Below are positions 17,629 through 30,674 of a stretch of 64,000 bases of DNA, piece after piece. Position numbers and translations under genes: made by a program. The notes below the pieces were generated by a model, which saw only the letters and a list, made by a program, of their open reading frames with translations, did no database searches and was not told where the DNA came from. The DNA comes from Cercozoa sp. M6MM. Its lineage: Eukaryota; Protista; Endomyxa: Ascetosporea. The first letter of the stretch is position 1, and the number at the start of each line of letters is the position of its first letter. Location: the NCBI GenBank assembly GCA_040357565.1, contig JBDODJ010000044.1; one strand, 5' to 3'.

Positions 17629-18962
17629 ATGCAGGTGTCGGAAATAGTTGCCAACCGCACCTCCAAGTTGTCTTGAATTTTTGATTGTGTAAATCACAGG
17701 TTACCCACAATCAAAGCGAAACTAGTGTTTTGCGACCCTGGACTAACGTGGAACTTGCTTGCTTGCGTCACGAGTTACAGCGGCGAGCGCAAGTATTAAA
17801 ATAAACATATCAGTTTAACCCTGCCACTTTTTAATTGTTCCAACCTCCAGGAAATCGGTGAGTCAATTACTTCGAGTGCAGTGTTGCCGCACGGCAATCA
17901 GCCCAGCGACGACAGGTGGCAGGCGCTTTGGCACTCGCTACACATAGCCGTCGGCGAATCGGTGTGATGTGCCTCCAGCTGTGCAAGAAATCTTTGAGTT
18001 TTATGCAGGGCCTATCACTGGTTCTCGCATTTCAGGCAGGGCAAGGGCGCTCGTGGGACAGCGTGCGTCGCAAGGCGGCGGATGTAGCGCGTGCTTTAGA
18101 AAAAGCTGCAAAAGATTCGGTACCGGCACCGCTGTCTCCGCCTCTGTCATTGCGCTGCGAACAGGCACACGCATCGCGAAGCGGGCAGACTCCACAAAGT
18201 TTGCTTTCTGCGCCAACTGTTCAGCTTGAGGACAGCAGCACAGAAGCAGCTGATATCGATACAATGCCTGAAATTGGTATGCCCGACATTGACGTCGACG
18301 ATGACAATAACAATAACAGTGCCGACAATCCCAGAGACAGCGAGGCTGAGCAGACACAGCTGCCTCCTGGATCTGCGCAGGTGACAACACCAGTGCAACC
18401 GCTCGTGTCGCAGACGCAGCAAGGTCTCGCGACAAGTGGCAATCTACCGCCACCTAAACGACGGCGACGTCGTGTTCAGCTGAACCCAATTCGGTATCAT
18501 ACTCCCCTATTTATATGATGGCTCCAATTCTCATACCGTGCGCGTGACTGTACTTTCATTGTCGCTTGGGATTTCGCACAGTGAACTTGAGCAACTGACA
18601 AAGTACATTGAAGGCAACTTGCGAGGTCGGTACCAATAGCATCCTTTGTCGATTCGCAGTGTCTATAATAGTGCCTGCAAAATCATTAATGATACAATTA
18701 TCTCAGTGAGGCGCGCATGGAGTATCTGTGCCACAAGGCACAGCAGTACTCCGATGCGGCACAGCGGTATGCTCTTGCAGCACAGCAGCTGCGCGTGAAG
18801 GCTCAGCGCGAGCGCGCGAGACTCCGTGAGGACAGGATGCGGGTGCAAGATGCCTGTCTCGTGCTCTCTCGTCGGCGAACTCAAGTCGTGGGCACAGCGT
18901 ATCAAAGCCGTCGCGACCGGCACGGTAAGAAGAGAATACGACGCGAGCGCAACGAACTGTAA
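17629..18962 (+). CDS. Putative Myb/SANT-like (trihelix/MADF-type) DNA-binding protein; start uncertain
   Basis: Spliced RPWTNVELACLRHEL...DDRWQALWHSL...GRSWDSVRRKAADV matches the W..W..R/K trihelix pattern; acidic linker, NLS PPPKRRRRR, C-terminal coiled coil. Confidence 0.55.
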
Positions 18963-19126
18963 ACACTCTGCGCTACCGCACGCTGAGCGCTGTGCCAGAT
19001 CAGCGCGAACGGCATTCATTACGGTACAGTCTGCACTGCCTGTTTAACTTGCGTTGAAACTACAGTGTCACTCAAGCTTATGCTTAAGGTCGGTCGGCAA
19101 CGACTTCAATATCCGTCGCTCTATTC

Positions 19127-20207
19127 ATGGTGCGACGCAAAACACTGCGACGCTGCTGGCCACGGCCTGGGGTTTGCATTCTGCCTTCACTTATGAATTA
19201 AATACGAGGAATAAGGCTGCAATACACTATCTTACGGTCTAAACGAAGCAAAGCATGCGAGTCCGACGGAGGCAATCAAAAACAGCATAACAGAGAGTTT
19301 GCTGCTCTTGAAAACTTCCAGCGAAGTAAGTCCTATCACCGACACACATACCGATACAACAAAACCTTTGATATTCTTGCTGAACAGCTAGCTACCGAGC
19401 GCTTGCGTCACAAGGAACATCGCGAGTCCAGCAAGGCCGAGGTAGCGGTGCAAACTCTTGTATCGGTAAAACACGCTGCCTTGGCGATGGTACAGCACCC
19501 AAGACGCACTTGTCAACAACCACAGTAGCAACAACAAACACAGGCCACTCACGGAATGCAAAGTTGTGAAGTGCTGTTTGCCAATGCTGTTCTTGTGCAG
19601 CAGCTAAACACAAGAATAAAAAACTGTACACACCTGGACAGCAATTGGCCTTCTGAGTATGTCGTATCAAACCTGCGCTATGAATCCAACTGTGGACAGC
19701 AACACCGCGCACACCATTCCGTATTTATGCCATTTTGTATTTGTTCTACTCGCTCGCTGCAGCAACACTATATATACACGATGTGATCGGGCCTCGTACT
19801 ACAACCACCGCGCAAGCGCATCAATAAATTCACCAGCTGGGTAAACGCAAAGCAGCGGTGCCGAAAGCATGCAAAACACGTGCGTCATGAAGAGAGCGCG
19901 TTGGGAAACCCAGACTTGCCGCAGGTACGAAACTATGGCAGTGTACATGCAAGCCCTAAGAACTTCTGCATGACACATGGATGACGTATGGTATTGGTAC
20001 CGACAAGACTTGCCCCAACAAGGAGCGACAAAAGCAATGCCTTGCGAGGAAACTGTTGGTGTCCAAGAGGCGTCCACTGCGGCATTTCGACTTTGCGAAC
20101 GGAAAATCACAAAAGGTACAGGACAAAGGACAACTAAACCCGATGAAGTGGTAACTGTACTCCTGAGCAGCTGTAGCGCTTTGGCGGTTGGGACCACTGG
20201 AGTTTGA
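19127..20207 (+). CDS. Hypothetical multi-exon protein
   Basis: Several GT-AG-bounded open exons (LATERLRHKEHRESSKAEVAVQ..., ATHGMQSCEVLF...); no recognisable domain; structure unresolved. Confidence 0.3.
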
Positions 20208-20448
20208 ATTAAAACAGCAGTGCTGGGGCTGGTTGGAGGGTGGGATTGCGTACGCTAAAATTTCACTATAGTATCGTATAGTTCTGTGCGTTCGCGTCGA
20301 TTAAATATTTAGTTTTCGCTGGTTCAATTTTTACGGTTACTTTCGGACTATGATATACTTGTTTCTAACTAGGATCAATGAGGGCAGCGCAAACCCGACA
20401 GTCCCATCTTGCCACGGTCTAACATGAGAAGGATGCTTGCGGCCGCGA

Positions 20449-21718
20449 TTAGCAGCAGGTCGTCTTCTTGCCGGGGGTGGCGCCATCAACACCCACAACA
20501 CCTGGCAAAAACAGTCAATGCAAAGAACCCAGCAGGTGTTAACGGAAAGCACACCCGTCGGCGCGGCAGCCTTTGCAACATTCGCGCGCTGCTCGATTAA
20601 GTCCTACACAAGCGAAGCGTTAGCACAACAACAGCAGAAACGACCGAAAGCTACCTTGGCCATGGTCAAGAAAGCCTGCTCGACATTGGTGGCGTCCTTG
20701 GCTGACGTCTCCAGGAACGGAATTGAGAGACGCTCAGCAAATGCCTTGGCGTCCTCCGTCGTGACGGCGCGCTCATTTGTCAAGTCGGCTTTGTTGCCCA
20801 CGAGCTATGTGCACAAATGAAACATATTTACCTGCCAACATATGACGGATGCTGATAAGTTAAAGTGCACCAACTTGAGCGTGTTCTCGGAGGCGTGTCG
20901 GTTCACCTCACCGAGCCACTCCTCCACGTGGTGGAACGACTCCAAGTTCGTCGTGTCGTACACCTGGCAAGCAGCAAACATGAGACACACCCAATACACT
21001 GAAAGTGTGCAGGGTTCTAGTGTGCAGGGTTCTACCATGATGATGCCGTGCGCACCGCGGTAGTACGCAGACGTGATCGTCTTAAAGCGTTCCTGGCCTG
21101 CGGTGTCCCACTACAAGCGCACGCGCATACCCCAAGCACCAAACAATGGGACATAGCACGGAGTGTGGAACATGGGAACATGGGAGCACGGGAGCAAGAA
21201 GAAGATACAATCTGCAGCTTGACGGATTTGCCATCAATCGTCACTGTGCGGAAACGGAAGTCGACACCGATCGTTGAAATGTAGCTGTCTGTAAAGTTGT
21301 CATCCTACATAAGACACATCTTTGAATATCGGCACAAACCGGCACAGCCCAATATCGCACAAAACGAGAGGATTACGGCGAAACGGAGGAGAAGACAACT
21401 CTTGCCGACACCAGAGTCGCCGATAAGCACCAGCTTAAACAGAAAGTCGCTGCACGCAACAACGTATAGACGTCCTTGCCGAGAGCCAACGACACAAAAC
21501 ACACAAAAAGCAAACCCAACACGCCAAAAATTGAGGCAGAACACCCAACGCAAAAAAAGCAGAATGCTCCCCACGCATCAGGGAACGAGGATAACTCCGA
21601 GCAACGTGTTAAGCCCCAGAGCGCACGGGACAGCGCTCAGAAGCCCAAAGACACGACACACTCACTCGAGCTTCAAGAGGGGAGAAGCAACGTACTAATC
21701 ACGTTTGATAGCGGCCAT
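20449..21718 (-). CDS. RAB1: Rab1 small GTPase (8 exons)
   Basis: MAAIKRDY|[24 protein letters not shown]|[20 protein letters not shown]...|[23 protein letters not shown]...LVGNKAD...FLETSAK...KKTTCC*. Confidence 0.97.
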
Positions 21719-21973
21719 CGGCGGCTGTCTTTATCTCAGCACACGCCTGGTAAGCCGTTATGCGCTTGTACTGCCCGTCTGGAATTTTTTAAATTTTCTC
21801 GAACAGCTGCTGGCTGCCAAAAATAGTAATCAGTTTGCCAGGACTTTCTCGGGCACTGGCTGACCCCACTGGCTTCTTGCTATTAAAAAAACGAACTGAA
21901 AGGTCATAATTTGAGTTCAGCGCAGTTGAATTCATTCAATCGCCCCGTCGAAGTGGCCACAATTCATTGGACG

Positions 21974-23806
21974 TCAGCGCTCCCGTTTGACATCGCTCGA
22001 TGGCTCTTGTTTCATTTGCGCCGCCTCGTCTTTTCGCTAAATTGTCCATTGTGAGAGACACTGGTTCTGCAAAACACACTATGCCAGAGACGGAGTGTAC
22101 CAGTCCTCGCGCGATGCGATCAGCTTCAGCGAGTCTCGCAGCGTCATCCACACGGACGTAGGTCGACTTGAGACGATACATGCCTGCATACAAAAGGTCA
22201 GCTATACGGACACAAACGCTTCTGCGACATCCGTGTACCTCGGTGTCCTCCATGAAGCACCTTTTCGCAATACAGCTTCAAAACCTCGCGCACTTGACTC
22301 TACTCGTACAAGCATGAACACACAGTCTGACTTGTCAACTTAAGGGTGACAATACGAGAGGGGCGTGCAGCATGCCCTTGAGCTCTTGCAGACGGTAGTG
22401 TGCAGACTTATCAAACGCGTTGAACAAGCGCGACTTGGCGACGTCTGCTCACATGCACGTATACACACACGCTCGCGTGCGCGAACAAATGGGTTTTAAA
22501 GACTGACCGTCGGGAATGCGCGCAGCTTTGATAGTTTTCTGTTTCTTTGTGGTGGCGCGTTTTCTGCCTTTCTTGTCCTGCAGAGGAATTGACAAGCATG
22601 GAGTCAACATAAAGCATTATGGGCGTAGATACGGCAAACAAGGCGTCGAGTTGTTTGCCTCGCCGCAGTGCATCCTCTCTGCTTTCGTCCTCGTTGCGTC
22701 GCAAGGTGCTGTACTCTGAGACTTCCATAAGCCTGCAAAATGATCAGTATGCGTTCATCTGTCCGGAGAGGTGAGACACAAACTGTACTTGGCGTGCTGC
22801 CGCTTCATGACGCGGCGAATTTTGCGTTGCTGTCCACCGGAAGTCTCAAACACTTGACACGACTCATCTGAAGCGAGAGACTCTTACCTGCACCGCCAGA
22901 TTGGCCGGCGTGTTCTCCACGATGGACTCGCAGACATGCGGCACGATACCGCGGATACTAAAAATGCACGCTCATCGAAGGAGCACTGTGTATGCGCGGG
23001 GTGTGCAGCTTACTGTAGCTCGGACCTAAGCGGCTTTTCTTGCGTCATGACTTCGTCAAACACCTTCGACGTAGCATGCAGAAACAGCATGCGACCATCG
23101 GTGGTCACACTATAAGCTGTACCAGCGGAGGTCGCACTCGTTCCTTTGGTTGTGTTGCTGTTTCGCCGTCACTCACCTAAACAAAGTGTGCTTTTGCATC
23201 AACAAAAGAGCCAAGCCGCGTAGTACTGGGTGCATGGAAGGTCGCCACAGCGGCAACTCGCAGTACTTAAGTTCGAGTCCCAATTCACCTGCAAGAAACA
23301 CGAACAGTGAAACAAGCACACATACGCACACACAGGACACAAAAACAGTAAATGGACCGTCTTGAGTGCGTGCCGACAGTTTCAATGTCGACCTCGGTCG
23401 TTTACCTTCAGTCCAGAAATTTATGTTTCAGGACTGAACTCAAACACACTCTTGAAGTACCCAACTTAGCTTCAGCGGTCTCCCTGCCTTCTTTCTTGCG
23501 CAGACTATCCCAGCGTGCCAGGGCCGAGTTATCAACGGTGATAGTGCCTAGCCGTGTGCCTGCCTCGGGAGCTACGAAACACACAGCGCACACGTAGCCA
23601 AAACCCCCGGTTGCAGGTGGCAAACCCTTCAAGGCGGCAGCGCCGCTCCGCGCACGGAATGTTCCGAACCTACACAGCGCCGATATGAAGCATGATACCG
23701 GATGGGTCACAAGAAGTAGACAGAAATAAAATTGGCACCATGACTGCGCCACACTTTCCGGCAGCTTCACAAGCCACGTCTGGCGGGGTACACTCTTTTC
23801 ACTCAT
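21974..23806 (-). CDS. GTF2F2: Transcription initiation factor IIF beta subunit (RAP30)
   Basis: N-terminal TWLVKLPESVAQSW; C-terminal winged helix SRLFNAFDKSAHYRLQELK...VREVLKLYCEKVLHGGHR|GMYRLKSTY. Confidence 0.85.
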
Positions 23807-24062
23807 ACTTTACAGTATAAACGCTCACTACTTTAAACACTGGAGCAACACAAAAGGCGCGGAAAACGATTGTCGTGGCCCGGTCCGGGCGATCCAAAAA
23901 AAAAACTGCTTTGTACAGTAGCCAGTTTCCAATACCGGCCCCAGACGTCCACAGCTACAGAGCACCCAAGTGTACTCCACAACGCGTTGCGTAACATTAA
24001 CCTCAGCAGACACACGTCCGGGGGCAAGCTACTTTTTTCTTCAACTTTCGTGAGATTTCAAG
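23807..24062. promoter_or_regulatory. Probable compact bidirectional promoter between GTF2F2 and EIF5
   Basis: Head-to-head ATGs 256 bp apart; no specific motif identified. Confidence 0.5.
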
Positions 24063-25609
24063 ATGGCGACGCAAGTGCGTGAGCGCAACATTGGCGGTGA
24101 CCCTAATGATCCCTCGTACCGTTACAAGATGGAGGAGCTTGTCCTCAAGGTCGAGGGTTCTGGCAACGGTATTTGATTTCGTTTAATTGAGCCGCCATTC
24201 TGTTTTGTTCTGTGACGTTATTGGGGCCACACAGGTATCCGCACGGTTTTGGTGAACGCCGAGAAGGTGGCCAAGCAGCTGCACACGCACCCGGGTTACC
24301 TGACGAAGTTTCTCGGTATTGAGTTCGGTGCTCAGTCCAAGTTCGACAAGACGCGAGTATGTTTGCCCCTGTGCGATTGGTTGTTGCTTTTGTTGGATTC
24401 GAACTGTGTTTTTGGACAGCGCGTTGGTGTCATCAACGGTGAGCTCTCCATCCGCGATGTCAACCCGGTAATTTCTTTCGTTGAGCTTTGGTGTCAGAAC
24501 TCGCTGACCCTGCGTGTTTGCGCAGTTCGTGGACAAGTACGTCGAGATGTACATCTTGTGCCCGAAGTGCAAGCTGCCCGAGTTGAAGACTGTATTTTGA
24601 GCTGCGTTGTTTCGCCTTAACTTTGGGCGATAGTTTTTTGTGCACGCAGGGCATTCTCGTGTCGCGAGAGCGCATCATGTACAAGTGCCAGTCGTGTGGT
24701 AAGTCGGGCGCCATGACCAGCAGTCACCGTCTGTCGTCCTACATGATCAAGCACCCTTACAACTACCGCGTACCAGAGCTTTGTTGCTTCAATTTTATGG
24801 TCGGTGTACACCCAGCTTTTGTGCAGATCAGTGGCGGTAAGAAGAGCGAGACGGTTAAGGTACTCCTTTCACATGGAAAGTTAATCTGCTCAGCCCGACG
24901 TTTGACGCACTTTGGAAACAGGACCGCCGCCAGCGCAAGGCTGCCGAAGAGGCTGCCAAGGTATATCTGCGTCTCTTGTGCACTCCCTGCACTCGCTATA
25001 GATGTAAGTTGCCGTGTCTGTGAGCAGGAGCAGGCTGCTAAGTCGGCCACGCCTAAGCCCAAGGTGAAGAAGGAGAAGGAAGAGGTTGAGTGGATTAGTG
25101 ACACGTCGCGCGAGGCCGCCTCGCAGCGCAGGTATGTGCTTGCACAGACACCAGTGCGCATCATATGCATGCACATCGTGTGTGCACAGACGCGATGAGA
25201 TGGCCACGATGTCGCGTGCCAACCAGGCTGCTGTACCCTTTGTGTCTACCATTTCATTTTGTGTACCTCACTGATCCGTTTATCAAAATGAGCTTAGGCC
25301 TCAGCGGCGACATCATCGCAACCGTCTGTTCGCGAGAGCGCCGCCGATGTAACCTGATTTTGTTTGATGGATTGAGAAGAGAGAATGTCAGAAGAGAGAA
25401 TGTCACACTGTGTGTTTACCAAGGTGCTGCGCTCGTTCTTGCAAGATTCGGCCGACGTTTCGCTTGCCGACAAGGTGCCAATGTCTGTATGCGCACAAGC
25501 TTTGTATCGTTAATATAGCATGCGCATTGTAGGTCCTCGAGATTAAGCGTGTCACTGTGGCTCGTGGCTACGACGACACCAAGCGCATGAAGTACACTTG
25601 GCCGCTTGT

Positions 25610-25659
<50 letters not shown>

Positions 25660-26351
25660 AATGGCGATTTTGCGCGCAGGGTGCTGCTGCAGGCGGCACT
25701 GCAGCCCGAGAACGTCAGTGGTGTCATGAAGCGTCTTCAGGTACTCCTGGGTCTGGCCGGTTGCTCGCGTGTGTCTGAGGAGGTTCTCTGTTGTGTGGCG
25801 GACGTAGGCGCACACGGAGCTGCTTGCCGTGTACACGCAGAACGAGCAGCTCACGGCGATTTTTTTGGGCTGCTTTGAGGAACTTGTGTCGATGATTGTA
25901 CCTTCTCTCTCTCCTCTCCCTCCATCTCTCTCTCTCCCCCTCCCTATCTGTGTGTCTGTGTCTATGTCTGTGTCTGTGTCTGTGTCTGTGTCTGCGTGGG
26001 TGTGGGTGTGGGTGTGGGTGTAGGCGCGTTTTAATGAGTGTGTGTCTTGCAGCAACCGAAGCTCCTGACGCGCGTGCCGATGATGCTGCAGATTTTGTAC
26101 GAGGGTGATGTGCTGGAGGAGGAGGACGTGCTTAAGTGGGCCGAGCAGCCGTACGAAAACGCATGGATTGTCGGTCGTGATGATGCCAAGAAGGGTATGC
26201 ACGCTATCCATTGTGCTTGAAGGGTCTTTTTTATTGGATAAACTACCGTGGCGCAGTTCGCGAGGCTGCCAAGCCGTTCCTTGACTGGCTCGCTGAGGCC
26301 GAGAGCGATAGCGACGAGGACGAGAGCGATGATGACGAGGAGGAGGACTAA
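24063..26351 (+). CDS. EIF5: Eukaryotic translation initiation factor 5
   Basis: NIGGDPNDPSYRYKM...KVEGSGNGIRT...LTKFLGIEFGAQ; zinc ribbon CPKC...CQSCG; W2 domain LQILYEGDVLEEEDVLKW...AKPFLDWLAEAE plus acidic tail. Confidence 0.95.
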
Positions 26352-26909
26352 ACGAGACCAGGGCATTTCCGACCTGGACTGGTTATCTTCAAGTTGGGCT
26401 CTAACGCAATGCCGCCGCCAACTTTGAGTTCTCGCCCGAGACTCAGGCTTTTCTTTAACTATTAATACTAGCTAATACTAGCTGAACATAGTACACATTG
26501 CCGGACTTGCGCCACAGCAGTGCAACCCCCGACCGGACGAAAGGAAATGATGATCTGGTGTTGGTTGGTTCCTTAGTGGACCGAACAACATTGACAGTTG
26601 GCGCTGTTGACATCAATGATCTCTGCCACCACTGATCAAAATTTGATCGATAATTATTGAGAGAAATGAACCAGAGCTTAGTATTGTACAGTGCTGCAGT
26701 GTACTGCACATTGTCATCATTCTGGTGCGCGTGTGTGTTTGTGAAGACCGCTGACGAGTAACAGGATATCGAAATAGCACAAGTTGTCGGAGCGTGCGAT
26801 TTGTTGCCGCTTTTGCTGTTTCTGGGTTTTGTTTGTCTGTGTCTGTGTCTGGTCTTTGTTTAGTGGGAGCACTATCACGATATTTGTGCTTTTGTGTGTC
26901 AGGTTCTAA

Positions 26910-27622
26910 ATGTCGTTTGCCGGTGAACTAGTTGAGAATTTCGCCGATGTCGGTGGGATTGACGAGCCTGCTATGGTAACCAGTTTGTACGAGCTGTGAG
27001 GCTCTGCGCCATCTGTGTCTTGCAGTTCGCCTATCTCGAGACAGACGAAGCCTATCAGGATATTGGCTCAAGGTACCACGACTTTCGAGTGTACTGATAG
27101 CCATTCAGTCTCGGTTTCTTGTGCCAAAGCTTGATCGAAAAGCTCAAGCTGCCGTTTCCTCAACCTCCTCCGAACAAAAGTTGGATTTTTCGCATGAACG
27201 TATTTGAAGCTCCGACAATTCAACATAAATGAAATCACATTCGGTTGTTTGTGTTGCGAAGAAGGAAGTTGTGGCAGATGTACTAAAGGGCATCATTGCG
27301 GTACGTCGGTTTACCTTGCACACGTTTCTTAAATGCGTTGGGTTCACAGAAACGCACTGGCGCTGAACTGAACGTTATTTTGAACGACGACGACTTTGCC
27401 TCTGCTTCGGTAAATGTACATACACGCTGCGGTACTCCCATATGCTTGACTTGCAAAACTACTTTCTGACAGGAATCGGATGTGGAGTCTCAACGCAACC
27501 ACAGAACGGCATCAGTTTCCTCTGCCGCGTCTTCCAGTTCTGCTTCGTCCTCCAGTTCTGCCGCTTCGTCGCGTTCAGATGTTTCTTCTCGTGTCGAGCC
27601 TCCCACGTACCTCGCTTTGTGC

Positions 27623-27691
<69 letters not shown>

Positions 27692-27806
27692 CTGCCTGCA
27701 GTTGAGNNNNNNNNNNNNNNNNNNNNNNNNNNNNNNNNNNNNNNNNNNNNNNNNNNNNNNNNNNNNNNNNNNNNNNNNNNNNNNNNNNNNNNNNNNNNNN
27801 NNNNNN

Positions 27807-27855
<49 letters not shown>

Positions 27856-29375
27856 ACGTATAAAATTTAGCTCCCCCTTGGAGATGACGGTAACTGCTGC
27901 GAGTCCCACCAACCGCAGTGGACTTTATAACAGTGGTGTCTCTCGTACCTATGAAGCTGAGGCTGAGGAAAGCGGGTGTCTTGACGACTATGAGTGGGAC
28001 CCTCGTGAAGCGATGGTATTGTATCTCCGTGGCTGGTTTTACGTCCCGCTTATAAAGCGTACACGCTTGCAGAAATCCGGCTGCCTCCAGTGGCTCGTTG
28101 TGACTGCTGCCTCCTTCGCGGGCCTTTTGTGCCACGTCATCATCGTCGCTTTTGCGAAATCGAACGCGGAAAAGGGTTGGCCAGCGGGCCTGTTTCCAGG
28201 CCTGATGCCACTTTGGATCACACCGTTCGTAACTTGAACTTCCTTCGTCTGTTTGGATCGAGCTGTGCTTCATTTTCGATTTGATGAGTAGCTGATTTTT
28301 GCTTGCTGCAAGTCTTGCAACATGGATTATCGGTAACCCACGCTTGCCATAAAGTCTGTACTGTGTGTGGTTTGATCTGTGCATTGTTATTGTATATGCT
28401 CGCAGTCCCTACTCGAGAATCCTGATGCTTTCGTCCATTGGTACCTCTCCCATACCTTCAAGCACCTATCGATATCTTATCCTCGAGTCCTAAAAACGAC
28501 ACAAATGACCCAATCGTGTGTGTGCATTGTTTGTTCATGGTTGAAGGCTTTGGCGTTGCTTTTCTCGGTTCACTCATCTTTGGTGGTGTCGCCGCAGGTT
28601 TCATGGTTGCATACGAGCGCCAGGTGCAATATCCCCTTCAAGTCAACGTGCGAATGCTAAGTACCTCTGGTGTGTGTGTGTGTGTGTGTTTTTAGAACAA
28701 CTACGTGCCAGCGGGAGCCGTATCTTCCGTGACCCAGACGCTGCCAACAGAAGCCATTGAGTCACGTGGCTACTTTGGTATTTCATTGAGCATAAATTTA
28801 TGAGTACAGCATAGACAGCTTCGCTATGTTTTTTTTTTGCACAGTCGACTTACCTCAGGACATCTTTGTCAATTGTAAATTTACTTGGGGCTACGGGCGT
28901 GCTTTTGTTGTGAGATATGTGTAGACTCGCGTGCGAAGCGAGTGGCGACAAAGGGCTCCCTTTCCTATACAAACCGTGTCTGCGGTACTTTGTTGTTCGG
29001 TCGTCGTAGTTGATCTGCTTTGTTTTATTTTTTATTTCAAATCAGTGGCCCCCATTCATCAACCTGGACTGCCCAACACAAACTATTTCATGGTTTGTTT
29101 TCTTCATTCGCTGAAGTGAAATTTAACAAAGGGTGCTTGTGCAGACGTTTGATGCTGAAAACGACATGAAAGGCAACTGCAATCTCACGAGCTCGACGAG
29201 TCTCGAGAAGGTCTTTCGCTTGGCCATGGAAGAGCGAAGTGTATTATTCCCATTCGAGTTTTTTCACAGTCTCATTGTTCATTTACTTTCTCCATTTTTT
29301 GTTTTCTGTTTGCAGGGAAATACAACATTCATGAAGTTTGTCTTTTCGACCAAAGAAACAGCGAGCGATGTAGCG

Positions 29376-29428
<53 letters not shown>

Positions 29429-29858
29429 GCATGGTATTTCGGCACTTCGTTTGCAGTTGGCACGAGAAATTGCTCAAGAAAATGGCTTCTCGACGTCAGA
29501 CCCTGTCTACACTGTATACCTACGTTTTTCTAACCCTTGTGTTTTGTGCATGCATCACACTCGCATTGGGTGTAGGTTTGGGGCAGAGACCCGCAGAAAA
29601 AGCAAGACAAGCGCAAAGCTATTATTGATGGTATAGTCATTGACTTTTTCACTTATACCGGTACGCTCAGATTTGCGTTTGTCCAGGAATGTTGATTGGA
29701 ACGCTGTGTTTCATCGCCGTGGGCGTTATTGTGCTAAGCTGCTGGACTATCGGCATTTGCAAGTTGGTAGCATCTCTGCATCAGCAGTCTGTTATAGTTA
29801 CGCTGTGCCCTTTATGTCTTTCTAAACAGGAGGACTGGGAGATGTACTAATTAACTGA
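26910..29858 (+). CDS. Hypothetical multi-pass membrane protein; may be two genes joined across the 27707-27806 gap
   Basis: Exon chain MSFAGELVENF...|FAYLETDEAY...|LIEKLKLPFP...; Ser-rich linker; hydrophobic segments WLVVTAASFAGLLCHVIIVAF and GFGVAFLGSLIFGGVAAGFMVAY; lumenal C-terminal part with N-x-S/T sites. Confidence 0.55.
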
Positions 29859-30674
29859 GGCTGTCCGTTGGACTGGGCTGTTTTCTGGTTTAATAAAAAC
29901 GTTAACCCGCCGCGCCTGCGCTGAGTGAGAATGGGTGCTCATTGTGCACGCCTCTTCCAAAGCGGTCGCGCTCGGCTGTTCAAACTAAGACTAAACAAAC
30001 AGCGATGTATAACACTCCGCTCCATAAGAATCACATCTGTCTGAGTTCTGGTGCTCCGCGTGGAAGAAAGCTATTCATTGAGCACTTTGAGAAGTGTGGT
30101 GTATTGTGTTTGTCTGGTATCCTGACCTCTCCGGGAGTGTTGCTAACCTCCTCACCCTGTGCTTGGTAGACTGACCTCGAAAGAGCAAGACTTTGCTCCT
30201 TTCCTGAAAAGGCTCTCTACTCACCAGGTAAAGCACCTCTCCAGGCTCCAGTCCTTGCACTCTCACGTAATCCCTGTTGCTGTCTTCCTAGCACAGAGAG
30301 CCTTTCTTTTTCTCCTTTACGTCCCTCCTTCTCCTTCCTTCCTTCGTCTGACTACCGGGCCTCTCATCCTTCCCGACCAGTCTACTTCCTGTAGTTTGCC
30401 GACCCTATCTTGGGGTAACTACATCTGAACTGACTACGTCTACTGACTCAATTCTTCTTCACATCGATTCCATTTCGTTTGTTTCTTTAGTCTTTTTCCT
30501 GGCATAGTACTGTTTTGCACTACCAAAGCCTCAATTTCTGAAAGGCTGCGGTAACACAGTAAGTTTTTAGTACTTTACTTAGATTCTACTGTTTTCAATT
30601 AACTAAAACTAGCGTAGTAGTACGATGTGTGACCCGGCAGAGATACCCACCGCACGGATGCATGTGGATGCGAG

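Noticed and set aside
26547-26636. Possible box C/D snoRNA (ATGATGA...CTGA) downstream of eIF5
   Set aside because: No terminal stem, and I could not match either putative guide to rRNA or snRNA from memory; needs snoscan.
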